The translations under genes and the position numbers were made by a program. The notes under the pieces were generated by a model. The model was not told where the DNA came from. It searched no databases and saw only the letters and a list, made by a program, of their open reading frames with translations. A DNA stretch of 62,423 nucleotides, the filler included, from Asterionella formosa (lineage: Eukaryota), in NCBI GenBank assembly GCA_002256025.1. It is 5 parts of 5 records of this genome, joined end to end, with 100 filler letters (N's around TTAATTAATTAA, not from the genome) between each part and the next. Parts side by side here need not be neighbours in the genome. Positions count along the whole stretch, not along the records: positions 1 to 28,359 come from NKIB01001236.1; 4 more parts are not named here. One strand, 5' to 3'. Of the stretch, positions 11,246 to 20,665 are shown in pieces; position 1 is the stretch's first letter; every line of letters begins with the position of its first letter.

Positions 11246-12013
11246 TTATTCTTTGTTCTTTGGTGGATCTAACTCAAAGTTTTCCCAATCACCCCCAATC
11301 ACCACTGCAGTCTTTTGATACGACGGCTCTAACGCTTCCTTGACAACAAAAGTAGCACAATCCATCTTGGAAATGACTGGTGCAACCTTGTCTTTGCCTT
11401 TCTCTTTTTGAATAAAGTATTCTCCTTTGTTCTTTTGAGTTTCTCCCAAACCCATAGGCCTTACTAACAGGTAGTTTAATTTGGATTGCTTTAACGCCGT
11501 CTCGGCGCCGCTCAAATCACGGTACCCATCCCGAACCACGGTTCGAAACAGCCATGTCAAAATACCCCCAACCCAATGAAATTCCACGGGGGGCCAATCT
11601 TCATTGCAACCCACCGATGTTACGGCTACCACTCGATCAATGTTCGATGTTTCCATGGCACGAATAAGATTCAAGGTACCAGGTGTTCCTTCTCGATGAC
11701 CATAAAATGGCTGACGATTCCCCAGTGCCGACACCACAGTTCCGACATTCGCCATATGCTGACTAGAAATTTCCTCCTTCGATACATCGATAGATACTAC
11801 TTCCAATCGTTTGATATCAGCATCGGAGAATATATGCGGATTCTCGCACGAACAATTCCAATTGGGGTCGTCCAAGAGTGTGGCAGGTGATTTAGTTAGC
11901 ACACGAACGGTACCCTTCCATTGATCTAGGGCAGCACGGACGGCATGCCGTCCGACATCACCAATACCTCCAGGGCTGTACACAATACACAAAATCTTTT
12001 CGGGAGAGATCAT
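11246..12013 (-). CDS. NAD(P)-binding Rossmann-fold protein (atypical SDR, flavin reductase/BLVRB-like)
   Basis: GGIGDVGRHAVRAAL nucleotide-binding loop, VVSALG, RVVAVTSVG, AETALKQSKLNYLLVRPMGL, ISKMDCATFV. Confidence 0.8.
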   Translation of the reverse strand: MISPEKILCIVYSPGGIGDVGRHAVRAALDQWKGTVRVLTKSPATLLDDPNWNCSCENPHIFSDADIKRLEVVSIDVSKEEISSQHMANVGTVVSALGNRQPFYGHREGTPGTLNLIRAMETSNIDRVVAVTSVGCNEDWPPVEFHWVGGILTWLFRTVVRDGYRDLSGAETALKQSKLNYLLVRPMGLGETQKNKGEYFIQKEKGKDKVAPVISKMDCATFVVKEALEPSYQKTAVVIGGDWENFELDPPKNKE

Positions 12014-12499
12014 GGTGACAGGAGAAGAGCTAGTAGTAATGAATATTTAGCTACTGGTGTCGTCTGGCTAATTTTCTAATTTTGTGAGCTTAATTCCGAA
12101 GCAAGGTCCTTCTTGTCTACATCGAACGCCTCATCTGATTCTTTCAGGGAGTATATCCAACACCAAATCAAAAAGTAGATCGTGCTCTGGAGCAAAGGCC
12201 ATACAGACAGGCGGACGGAACACGATAGAACAACCCAATATCACTTTGTCATACAGGTAGTCGTAGACTAGTATCTGGTACCGTACCAATGAACATCCGG
12301 TAAAACACGGTTATTACTTAAGAAAGATTAAGTTAAATATCTCGATTAACGGACCTAGCTGATAAAAATACCGGTATAAATCGAGGGAAGTTGTAATAGG
12401 TTGGTAGGTATTTCTACAAATAATTGAACTGTGCCTATTTTACGAGTGGCGGTTCTTGGCTTGCCGACAAAATTTTTAAATCGGTATGGACATGAATAT

Positions 12500-12542
12500 A
12501 GTTGGTTGCAAGATACTTATAGAAGTTGGTTGCAAGATACTT
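12500..12542. repeat. Short direct duplication (AGTTGGTTGCAAGATACTT x2)
   Basis: A 19-bp unit occurs at 12500 and again at 12524. Confidence 0.75.
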
Positions 12543-12762
12543 CTATTGTAAATACATACATCGGTCCCTGATGTACAATTTTAGTGTTAATAAGTACTTC
12601 TGAGCTCCGGAGTAGGTCGCAAGCTTAGTTTTGTGAATGATGGCTGATGTGGCAACAATGAATCTACTTTACGTATTCTTATTTGGAACGGACGCCTGGG
12701 GCATCTAGTATGTCGTAGAGACCATCATAGCTTGTCAATCAAAGCTAAGAACCATCATGAGA

Positions 12763-14583
12763 TCATCGATTTTTCCTACTTTTTGATTTCTTGCTAGAAC
12801 TATTTCTTCTTGCTACCTCCCCGAAAATCCCCCACTGCTCTTGTAACGGAGGTCGACTCTTTGGACCCTGACGAAACCAAGAAAACCGGCCTTCCTTTAT
12901 TGATTTCTTCTTTGGTGGCAACAACCGTTTAGATTTCTTGACACCACCGCTTTCATCTCGACCTTGAGCCCTTAGGTCATCGATCAGGTCTTGCCCACGA
13001 TTCTTCAATTCCGGCATCCACGACGGCCATACCATTCCCGATACAATAGCAATACTTCCAAGCAGTACAGGTGCAATTGCAAACATACTTCCAACAAGAT
13101 ACACGGTGAGGAGGGCAACGAGTGCGGAACCAAGTTTTGCCCCAACTTCATCAAGCGCAGATTTACTGATATTGATTCGAATGCCTTTCAAGACTTCTGT
13201 CAGCTCCGATGACCCTCCCCCTGTGGCTGCATTCCATATACTCCGTACCAACCGTTGTACCCAATCAGAGATATTGTAATACCACTGTACCACTCGGTAT
13301 TTGGAATACTTGCCAAAGTTCTTGCTTCGTTCCTTTTTCAACGATTTTTCTTCTACCAACCACGCAGTTCGCATCATGGCCAATGCTTTCCGTCCAACTT
13401 CATTTTCTCGTTCCCATTTGTCAAAGGCCTTTTTCCCTTGTTGAAAGCGCGCATTCCACGCATCGATTTTATTGGTGATCTCAAATCGTTGGTCCAATTT
13501 GGAATACGATTTATAGTATTCATAGCTCAATTGTCCTGTTTTATACATGAACCAAATTCCATTGATACCATCATAGATAAGTAAATATGCCTTGGCCAAT
13601 CGTCTACCCATGGCAATGATAATATTCGCCACTGTATTGGTGGGAGTCGTTGTTTCACAATTTTTACTGACCTCATATCCAACAAATCCACCAATGATGC
13701 TCCCCAACAACCACAAGTTGCTTGAAACTGTAACCGAAAGGAGCAATGCAAAAATCATGGATCCTGAAACTGAAGATCCAATTTTAACATTTTGAAATGA
13801 AAGGAGTGATGGTTGTGGAAATGCCACTGTTGATGAACGGCGCATGGAAATGTTGGGGGGTGTTGTTGTTGTTGTTGTCCTACTGGTGGTAGTGCCTCGT
13901 AGTACTAAATCCGTTGCCTTGACATATGATTTTAATATTTGTTCCAATTCACCTAAAGTGAGTGTTTCATTGAGGGCTTTTGTATTGATTGGCGGTGGAG
14001 TTGATGCGATTGTTGTTTTGGGTGATACCATTGACGTTTGTCGTTCTTTTTCAATGTAATCATCCCATGAATCAAGAAAAGCGCCTTGAGGATTTCTGGA
14101 TTGTCTCGTACTGTTGCTCTTGTTTGTGCCATTACGTTCCGATATTATTGAGTTATTTGTTTCGGTGACAGGACTCTCCGTGACATTTGTCACATTCTGT
14201 ATTACAGATGATGGTTGGATGGATTGCTGTACCACCTGCAATGTATCCTCCTCCTGTGGCTTGCTACTCTTCTTCTGATGTTGATTATTAATATTGTTCT
14301 TATTAGTAGCAGTATCATCATAATGGTCTGATACTTCCACGGTTGGATGCTTCCGTTTGTTCCATACATCCCACCGAAAGGGCTTGATGGCATAATTGGA
14401 TACGAATTGCCCATTTTGTCGTTTTTGTTCTGAACGAGTTGTTTCCATAGAATGCAAACTCCTAGAGTTCGAAACGAAGCCTGCCCAGACGCCAATCCCA
14501 TGTTGTTGTAGAAGTATATGTATCATAAAGGCGACAACAAGAAATCGGCATCGGCATCCTGATGATGGTTGGAACCACTTCAT
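12763..14583 (-). CDS. Uncharacterised membrane protein, possibly plastid-targeted
   Basis: 606-aa ORF with a hydrophobic N-terminus followed by ..VWAG-FVS, a long disordered S/T/N region and two pairs of predicted TM helices. No family recognised. Confidence 0.7.
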   Translation of the reverse strand: MKWFQPSSGCRCRFLVVAFMIHILLQQHGIGVWAGFVSNSRSLHSMETTRSEQKRQNGQFVSNYAIKPFRWDVWNKRKHPTVEVSDHYDDTATNKNNINNQHQKKSSKPQEEDTLQVVQQSIQPSSVIQNVTNVTESPVTETNNSIISERNGTNKSNSTRQSRNPQGAFLDSWDDYIEKERQTSMVSPKTTIASTPPPINTKALNETLTLGELEQILKSYVKATDLVLRGTTTSRTTTTTTPPNISMRRSSTVAFPQPSLLSFQNVKIGSSVSGSMIFALLLSVTVSSNLWLLGSIIGGFVGYEVSKNCETTTPTNTVANIIIAMGRRLAKAYLLIYDGINGIWFMYKTGQLSYEYYKSYSKLDQRFEITNKIDAWNARFQQGKKAFDKWERENEVGRKALAMMRTAWLVEEKSLKKERSKNFGKYSKYRVVQWYYNISDWVQRLVRSIWNAATGGGSSELTEVLKGIRINISKSALDEVGAKLGSALVALLTVYLVGSMFAIAPVLLGSIAIVSGMVWPSWMPELKNRGQDLIDDLRAQGRDESGGVKKSKRLLPPKKKSIKEGRFSWFRQGPKSRPPLQEQWGIFGEVARRNSSSKKSKSRKNR

Positions 14584-14759
14584 ACTTCACTTTTGCTGTT
14601 GTAATTTCTGTTTGGATCATCACACAACAGAGTACAACGTCAATGTTTACGAAATAGTACTGCCGGTATACGTACGACGGTTTAGATTTGTATTTGTAAT
14701 CATTGATTGAGCGATGCTGCCTGCCCGTACCTACCCCTGGTACCTAGTGCTGGAACGTC

Positions 14760-14848
14760 CAAGTTGCGGCAATTTTACTGCAGGTATAGATTTAGCTATA
14801 AATTATCCAATATTAAATTATTATTTTAAGCAAAATGACTGTAACTTG
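14760..14848. mobile_element. ~89-bp MITE-like inverted-repeat element, copy 1
   Basis: caagttgcggcaatttt...aaaatgactgtaacttg are imperfect terminal inverted repeats. The element is colinear with 61687-61774, including the internal atttagctat...atattaaatt. Confidence 0.65.
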
Positions 14849-15064
14849 CTGGTATCAGAACCTAGTAGAATGGATCACACCGGTACAAGTATATGAGAAA
14901 AAGCAGCCAACGAGCAAACAAGGTGATCCGCCCACGAGCCCAGGTGATCATTTGGTCACCACGACACAATCACGAGCAAAGTGATGCATTAATTAAAATA
15001 AGAAATTGAGCCACTTCTACCGTACTCTAGTTCCCTATCATAATTATATTACTATAAGTCTATG

Positions 15065-15126
15065 GGGGAACGGCTTAGTGGTTAGCACACCAACCGTGGT
15101 GGCGGGTTCGATTCCTGCATTCTCCA
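15065..15126 (+). ncRNA. tRNA-like cloverleaf (Pol III A/B boxes) with a 4-nt anticodon-position loop; tRNA-derived SINE head or small ncRNA
   Basis: Acceptor GGGGAA/TTCTCC; D arm GCT-TAGTGGTT-AGC (A box); CACCA-ACCG-TGGTG hairpin; T arm GCGGG-TTCGATT-CCTGC (B box); a T5 run begins about 7 nt downstream. No 7-nt anticodon loop, so it is not a canonical tRNA. Confidence 0.7.
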
Positions 15127-15851
15127 CTTGTCTTTTTCATCTAGTCCCTACATACGGTTCCGGGGGGGGGGGTGCGGCTGACGAAAAGACAGGTCCCGTG
15201 ATACCGTACGGACGAATAAAACCGGTATGAATTGTGTCCATCTATTTGGTGGGCCCGAGTGCATTTATTGGATAGCTTTGTGCTATAAAATTTCATTGAC
15301 ATTTTTTTACTATGAGTCGATGTTCAATTGGTACGCTGACTTCGCGAGCGAGGTGTCATTTTTTGGGATCACAGGCGCGCCGGCGTGAATGTAACATTCA
15401 GATACTACAGACCGTCTGTCCCTAATTGTTCTTTTCCATGGGAATGAACCTTTATACAGCTACTATGGTCCTTTATGGGCGAACATCCATACTTGGCCTG
15501 CGTGACATTACTTGCGATATATTTCGGTGGATCAACAAATGCGAAGACTTGACGGGTAGACCAAAAACGCGCGCCGATCCAACATATAAATACCCTCAAG
15601 TTGGTAGATGGTATTGAGCCATGGAAAAATTACCAAATTTTTATTATTTATAAAGAATCTCTATTATACCGGTACATAGTTTTTTACGAAGAAAAAGTGA
15701 ACATCACTCACTTCAGGTTGCCTTGCGCGCTACAAAAAGTGTGCATAACATAACAATAAATCCGTAGCGAGTCTCTATTTTTATACACGTTTGCAGTTGG
15801 AGATTCACCACAACAAACTTTTGTATTGAATATATAAGATTTGCATTCACC

Positions 15852-16808
15852 ATGGGCCTTGAACACCACGTGCCTCTGTATCCAGATGCAACGCCACTTC
15901 CTATTCTGGTCCATGTGACTGCTCCTGCCAGTTTGCCTGCTGGATATACATTTGAAGCCGAGTTGAATGGCGACAAGACGAGAACCTTTACTGTTGAAGT
16001 GGTGAGCACGGACAAACTACACTTTTGTTGGTTCTTGCTTGCTACCCATTGCTAACATGCTTTCCTGTGTCTCGTTGACTTTAGCCCGAAGGAGGTGTCA
16101 AGGAGGGTCAAATGTTTTTGACCCCTTTGCCTGAATCCATGAATGGCTTTCGCCTTGCCATTCCTACTGGTGGCTGGAAAGATGGTTTCTTGGGGTGTTT
16201 CAATGCTGGATTCTGTCATCCATCTATTTGGTGTGCCTTTTGTTGTCCTCAAAGTGCGTAGATAAACGTTCATTCATTCACAATGATATTTCTACTACCC
16301 ATGTATTGCTATATCCCCCCTGTTTGGACGCTCACACACATTTCCTCGTCTTTCTTTGACAGTCCTCATGGCTCAAGTGATGACTCGCATGAACTTGACG
16401 TGGTTGGGTGATCCTGGTCCACGAGTCTCCACTCAAAACACATTCAAGGTTGTATTTACTATTGTGATGAGTTACATTGTGTACTCGACAGCTTTGGAAT
16501 TGGCCTCGCTCGAGTACACGTCCGTCGGTGTCGATTTGCCAACGTATTTGCTTGTCCTCAAGACGATTGGAAGTGTCACCTTTACGGTCTATGCCTTTTA
16601 TAGTCTTTGCAAGACGAGACAAAATGTAAGAGCTAGATATTCCATCCCCACAGCTCAATGTGGAGGGATGGAGGATTGTGTCTGTGCCTTCTTTTGCACG
16701 TGCTGCACAGTCAGTCAATTGGCCCGTCATACTGGAGAATATGAAACCTATCCTGGTGTTTGCTGCTCCGAAACAGGACATCCCAAGGGAACTCCTTCGA
16801 CAGTGTAG
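15852..16808 (+). CDS. PLAC8-family (cysteine-rich, PCR/FWL-like) membrane protein (3 exons: 15852-16001, 16085-16253, 16363-16808)
   Basis: GT-AG introns 16002-16084 and 16254-16362 join the frames to give WKDGFLGCFNAGFCHPSIWCAFCCPQILMAQVMTR...RQNVRARYSIP...EDCVCAFFCTCCTVSQLARH, the PLAC8 signature with two inserted TM helices. Confidence 0.88.
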
Positions 16809-17041
16809 GACTACCGAAATAATGTTGGCAGGGGAAAGAACAGCGAAACGACTGGTTGCCAGCGTATAGTCAGAATATATTATCTCAAAACGACGCAGAA
16901 AGAAAGGAAACTGAGCATTTTTAATAAAAAGTGTCGTACTAGTTGTTTGTATCAATTCACATTACAGAGCCTGACAAGCCTAGAAATGGAATAGCTTTAA
17001 ACATGCATGTAATATTTCATTTTTTCCTTGTGATTTTTTGG

Positions 17042-19948
17042 TTAGGCATGTTCTACCCATGGACCTTGCAATGAAAGTTTCACGTCAATTGGTGGCTTGT
17101 CCTTGCATGTTACAGTAACAGATAACTTGCAAAAGACTTTAATCTCAATTGTACTCCACGTCTTGCTTTTGCTGATCGCAGTCAAACGAATCCGCTTCTC
17201 ACCACCCTCCACTCGTCCCGACTTGTGCACGTATGGTTCAAAGGTAACAAGATCCTTATGCTCGGCCAAAAACACCATGCCCGAAACGCCAATCGAAGGA
17301 ACATAGACTGTAAATGTTGTTTCTCCAACGGATAAGACCACCCCTAACGCATCACGAAGCGGGTGTTTTTTCAGATAGAGTGATAAAAAGACACGATCAC
17401 TTCGGTCTTGCGCATACTTGCTTGACATTTTTTTCTCATTGCAATGAGAACAAATGGATTGAATATCGCCTTGGTCCCAGTGAAATTCATCGACAGTGCC
17501 ATCCAGTGTGGCTTGAAGCAACCGATGAACAATGATATCGGGATACCGGCGAATAGGACTAGTAAAGTGTGTATAATAAGGAATATTGAGTGCAAAGTGC
17601 TTCCATTCTTCTTGATTGAAGTTTCCGGCAGCCATGTATTCGGCAGCTCGCATGGGGACCATTAGCATTTCAGTAACGCATTGCATGACCAATTCGTCAT
17701 CACATTCTCGACCAAGACGACTTAGTGACTGCTGAAGCGTCTGAGATGACTCCAAATCAATGACAAAGCCCTTACCTTCCATGGCGATTTGAACCGCGTT
17801 TTGGAGGCCTTGCATGAGAGGAGGTGGATGATGGCGAAGGCATGCCAAAGGACCCGTATGTGTTATCAATCTCTGAGCAACGAGAAAATTGGCAAGGAGC
17901 ATGTACTCTTCAATCAGCTTATTGGAATCACGAATGGGGTAGGGGGCACATAGGTTGGGCGTTTCTCCATCGGCATCTAGTCGAAAAGTCATTTTGACCC
18001 CTGTTAATGCAATCGCTCCATTGTCAAACCGAAGCTTACGTCGGGCCATGGCCACCTTGTGCATTAAGCGCACATCAGCTGCAACTTGATCCACCGAGTG
18101 GTGTCCTGTGGGACGCCGACTGGAGGGCCAAAGAGTTTCGTCTAAATTGCCATTCGTGTCCAAAATGGTGCCATCAATAATATTTTGTGCCGTGGCATAG
18201 TCCAATCGAGCACACGATTTGATGACGGTCCGCCCATACCACACTTCGTCACCAGTCAACGTCCCATCCATGTTCATGGTCCATACACATGAAAACGCCA
18301 ATCGCTCTACGTTTTCATTCAAACTACATGCCACTTCACATAGTGGGCGGGGCAGCATGGGAAGGACTCGATCCACCAAATACACCGTGGTAGCACGACG
18401 TTGGGCTTCGTTGTCGACAGGATGCTCAGGTTGGACAAAGTAGGAAACGTCAGCAATGTGTACTCCCATTTCAACGGTACCGTTGGGTAGTTGTGTTATG
18501 TGCAAGGCGTCATCTAAATCTCTAGCAGTGGTGGGATCAATGGTAAAGATGCGTTGGGTGCGATAATCCCTCCTACCCACGTACATCTCCGGGGTTGGTT
18601 TCCATCCAATATCATCGTGAGATGTGTATAGGCCGCTAGCCACCACGTCTTGCACATCCTTGAGAACATCACTTTCAAATTCCCCATGATCAACTCCATG
18701 CTCAATTAAAAGTGCCATAGTTTCATCTTCCACATTGCAGGAATGTCCAATGAATTGAACATTTGTGCATGGTGGCCAAACATGTCCCTCCTTCCAAGAT
18801 CCATATACATATTCAGCTCGGTAGATCCCATCCTCTCCTTCCGTTGGTTTAAAGAATGGTGGTGTCAGAAATTGAGGCAACGACTTTTTCGATGGTGTCA
18901 AGAGGTATAGTTTAGTACCATCTCGTCTGGTCATGAATTTCAAGAGGCCGACAATTGTTTTTTTGGGAGTGATTCCGAATGCGGTAGAAGGGTCATAATT
19001 TGGAGTCTGAATTTCGCATGTCAAGTGTAGTGTGGGTGGAAGTACATGTACCACACGCCCCCGACGACGGGGTAATGGTCCTCCAGCAGCAGCCATGTTT
19101 GCCGTGTCCATCATGGGAGAAAAATCGGTACCCCGACGAATGGGTACCAATGGATTCCACAAATGAACTTGGGTGCTATCATCTTGCCACATGTGCTCTT
19201 CTTGGAGTGTCAAAGCAGCAACTTGATTTGCATTGTCAATGTCGTTGTTCTCGTTGTCGACTTCATTGTCGTCCTCCTCGTCTTCATCTTCATTGTCGTC
19301 TTCCTCATCCAAAAGCTTAACAAATACTAAATCTCCGTGCAAGGCTCGGTTTCGTTCCAAATTAGTCGCAACAAGAATATCTTCTTTTGTGGATCCCCGA
19401 TCACATGTAACAAAGGCTGAGGCGTCTTTCCCTGGTACGACTCGAAGTGTCCCTCTCACCAAGTTGTTGCTGGTATACAATGCCATGCATTCCTTGTATG
19501 CCAAATGAGGTGGAAAGGTCTTTTTGTTTGTCTTGTTGTTATTGTTGTTGCTGTTGTTATTGTTGTTGTTGCTGTTGCTTTTGTATGATTTATTTTGCTG
19601 TGCTAGTGGAGAGGATGAGAGTGCTGCTTGCTGTTGTTGTTGTTGTTTGTTTCTGTGTTGACTTCCTTTACTGTTTCGAAGTTTATTCCGTTCCTTTCCA
19701 CGAGTTTTGGCAGCCGCTGCGACTGCTGCAGCTGCTACAGTATCAATAGGCTTTTGTGTTTTGCTACGACCTCGATTCCTTCCAGCCTTGTTAGTAATAG
19801 TTGTAGTCGTAGTAGCAGTAGCAGTCGTATCATGACTCCTTGTGACATTGCCATCATTTTCATTTTCATTCGGATTCACATTCGGATTCACATTCACATT
19901 CAGATTCAGATTCTTGATCAATTCACTGTAGGGTTGTTGCTGTTTCAT
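17042..19948 (-). CDS. DIS3L2: DIS3-like exoribonuclease 2 (RNase II/RNB family)
   Basis: CSD motif RNRALHGDLVFV; RNB catalytic motif IFTIDPTTARDLDDALH (DIS3L2-type); GVHIADVSYFV; HFALNIPYYTHFTSPIRRYPDIIVHRLL; no PIN domain; low-complexity N/Q N-terminus. Confidence 0.92.
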   Translation of the reverse strand: MKQQQPYSELIKNLNLNVNVNPNVNPNENENDGNVTRSHDTTATATTTTTITNKAGRNRGRSKTQKPIDTVAAAAVAAAAKTRGKERNKLRNSKGSQHRNKQQQQQQAALSSSPLAQQNKSYKSNSNNNNNNSNNNNNKTNKKTFPPHLAYKECMALYTSNNLVRGTLRVVPGKDASAFVTCDRGSTKEDILVATNLERNRALHGDLVFVKLLDEEDDNEDEDEEDDNEVDNENNDIDNANQVAALTLQEEHMWQDDSTQVHLWNPLVPIRRGTDFSPMMDTANMAAAGGPLPRRRGRVVHVLPPTLHLTCEIQTPNYDPSTAFGITPKKTIVGLLKFMTRRDGTKLYLLTPSKKSLPQFLTPPFFKPTEGEDGIYRAEYVYGSWKEGHVWPPCTNVQFIGHSCNVEDETMALLIEHGVDHGEFESDVLKDVQDVVASGLYTSHDDIGWKPTPEMYVGRRDYRTQRIFTIDPTTARDLDDALHITQLPNGTVEMGVHIADVSYFVQPEHPVDNEAQRRATTVYLVDRVLPMLPRPLCEVACSLNENVERLAFSCVWTMNMDGTLTGDEVWYGRTVIKSCARLDYATAQNIIDGTILDTNGNLDETLWPSSRRPTGHHSVDQVAADVRLMHKVAMARRKLRFDNGAIALTGVKMTFRLDADGETPNLCAPYPIRDSNKLIEEYMLLANFLVAQRLITHTGPLACLRHHPPPLMQGLQNAVQIAMEGKGFVIDLESSQTLQQSLSRLGRECDDELVMQCVTEMLMVPMRAAEYMAAGNFNQEEWKHFALNIPYYTHFTSPIRRYPDIIVHRLLQATLDGTVDEFHWDQGDIQSICSHCNEKKMSSKYAQDRSDRVFLSLYLKKHPLRDALGVVLSVGETTFTVYVPSIGVSGMVFLAEHKDLVTFEPYVHKSGRVEGGEKRIRLTAISKSKTWSTIEIKVFCKLSVTVTCKDKPPIDVKLSLQGPWVEHA

Positions 19949-20665
19949 CTAGATTGATTTCACTATGTAGTACAACTACTTGTAATACCAGCACCGGTAA
20001 CAACAATAATCAACAATTGATAGAGAGAGAGAGAGATGATGATGATGACAATTAGCAATAAGGAGGACAGTTAGTTACCAGGGGTACCAGTAAAATGGAA
20101 TTATAGCACAGTGCCAGTCGGTACCAGGTACCAGTAGAGAGTAGCAGAGCTATTAGTTATATACTCCGTACTACATCACACGACGGGTATATATATATAT
20201 ATATAAGGCAGCCAACAGCGAAGCAAACGGTTTCAAACGAGCATCAATTCGCTTTTAGGAAGTAAAATGGCGGTCAATAACATACCGGTATACCGGTATG
20301 TTACTTGCTTATTGATGATGTGTGATGTGTACAGTACAGCTGTACCAGCAACAATGGTACAGAAGTAGTTTTTATAATTCTTCATGTATCATGATCATAA
20401 CCGATGCATGATGCTGATGCGGGCATCAATTCATGTTGAAACAATGATGATGTTGGACATAACTAGTTTCATTACCGGTATTAGTCCAGCATGATACCGG
20501 TAGCTAATAATATAAATAAATCTGCCACGATATCTCTGACGACGATATTTATTACGGTACATTGAATCACAATGGCGTGATACCGATAGCCAAACAAGCC
20601 GCAAATAACAACACAAATGACAACAACGACGAAAAAGACGAAGAAACTACAACAATTCAACAAAC

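Noticed and set aside
15065..15126. Canonical tRNA gene call
   Set aside because: The anticodon-position loop is 4 nt and the variable loop is absent, so no anticodon can be assigned. Reported as tRNA-like instead.
19447..19957. Poly-Cys and (IH)n ORFs on the plus strand
   Set aside because: Antisense shadows of the AAC/CAG-type microsatellites encoding the DIS3L2 low-complexity N-terminus.
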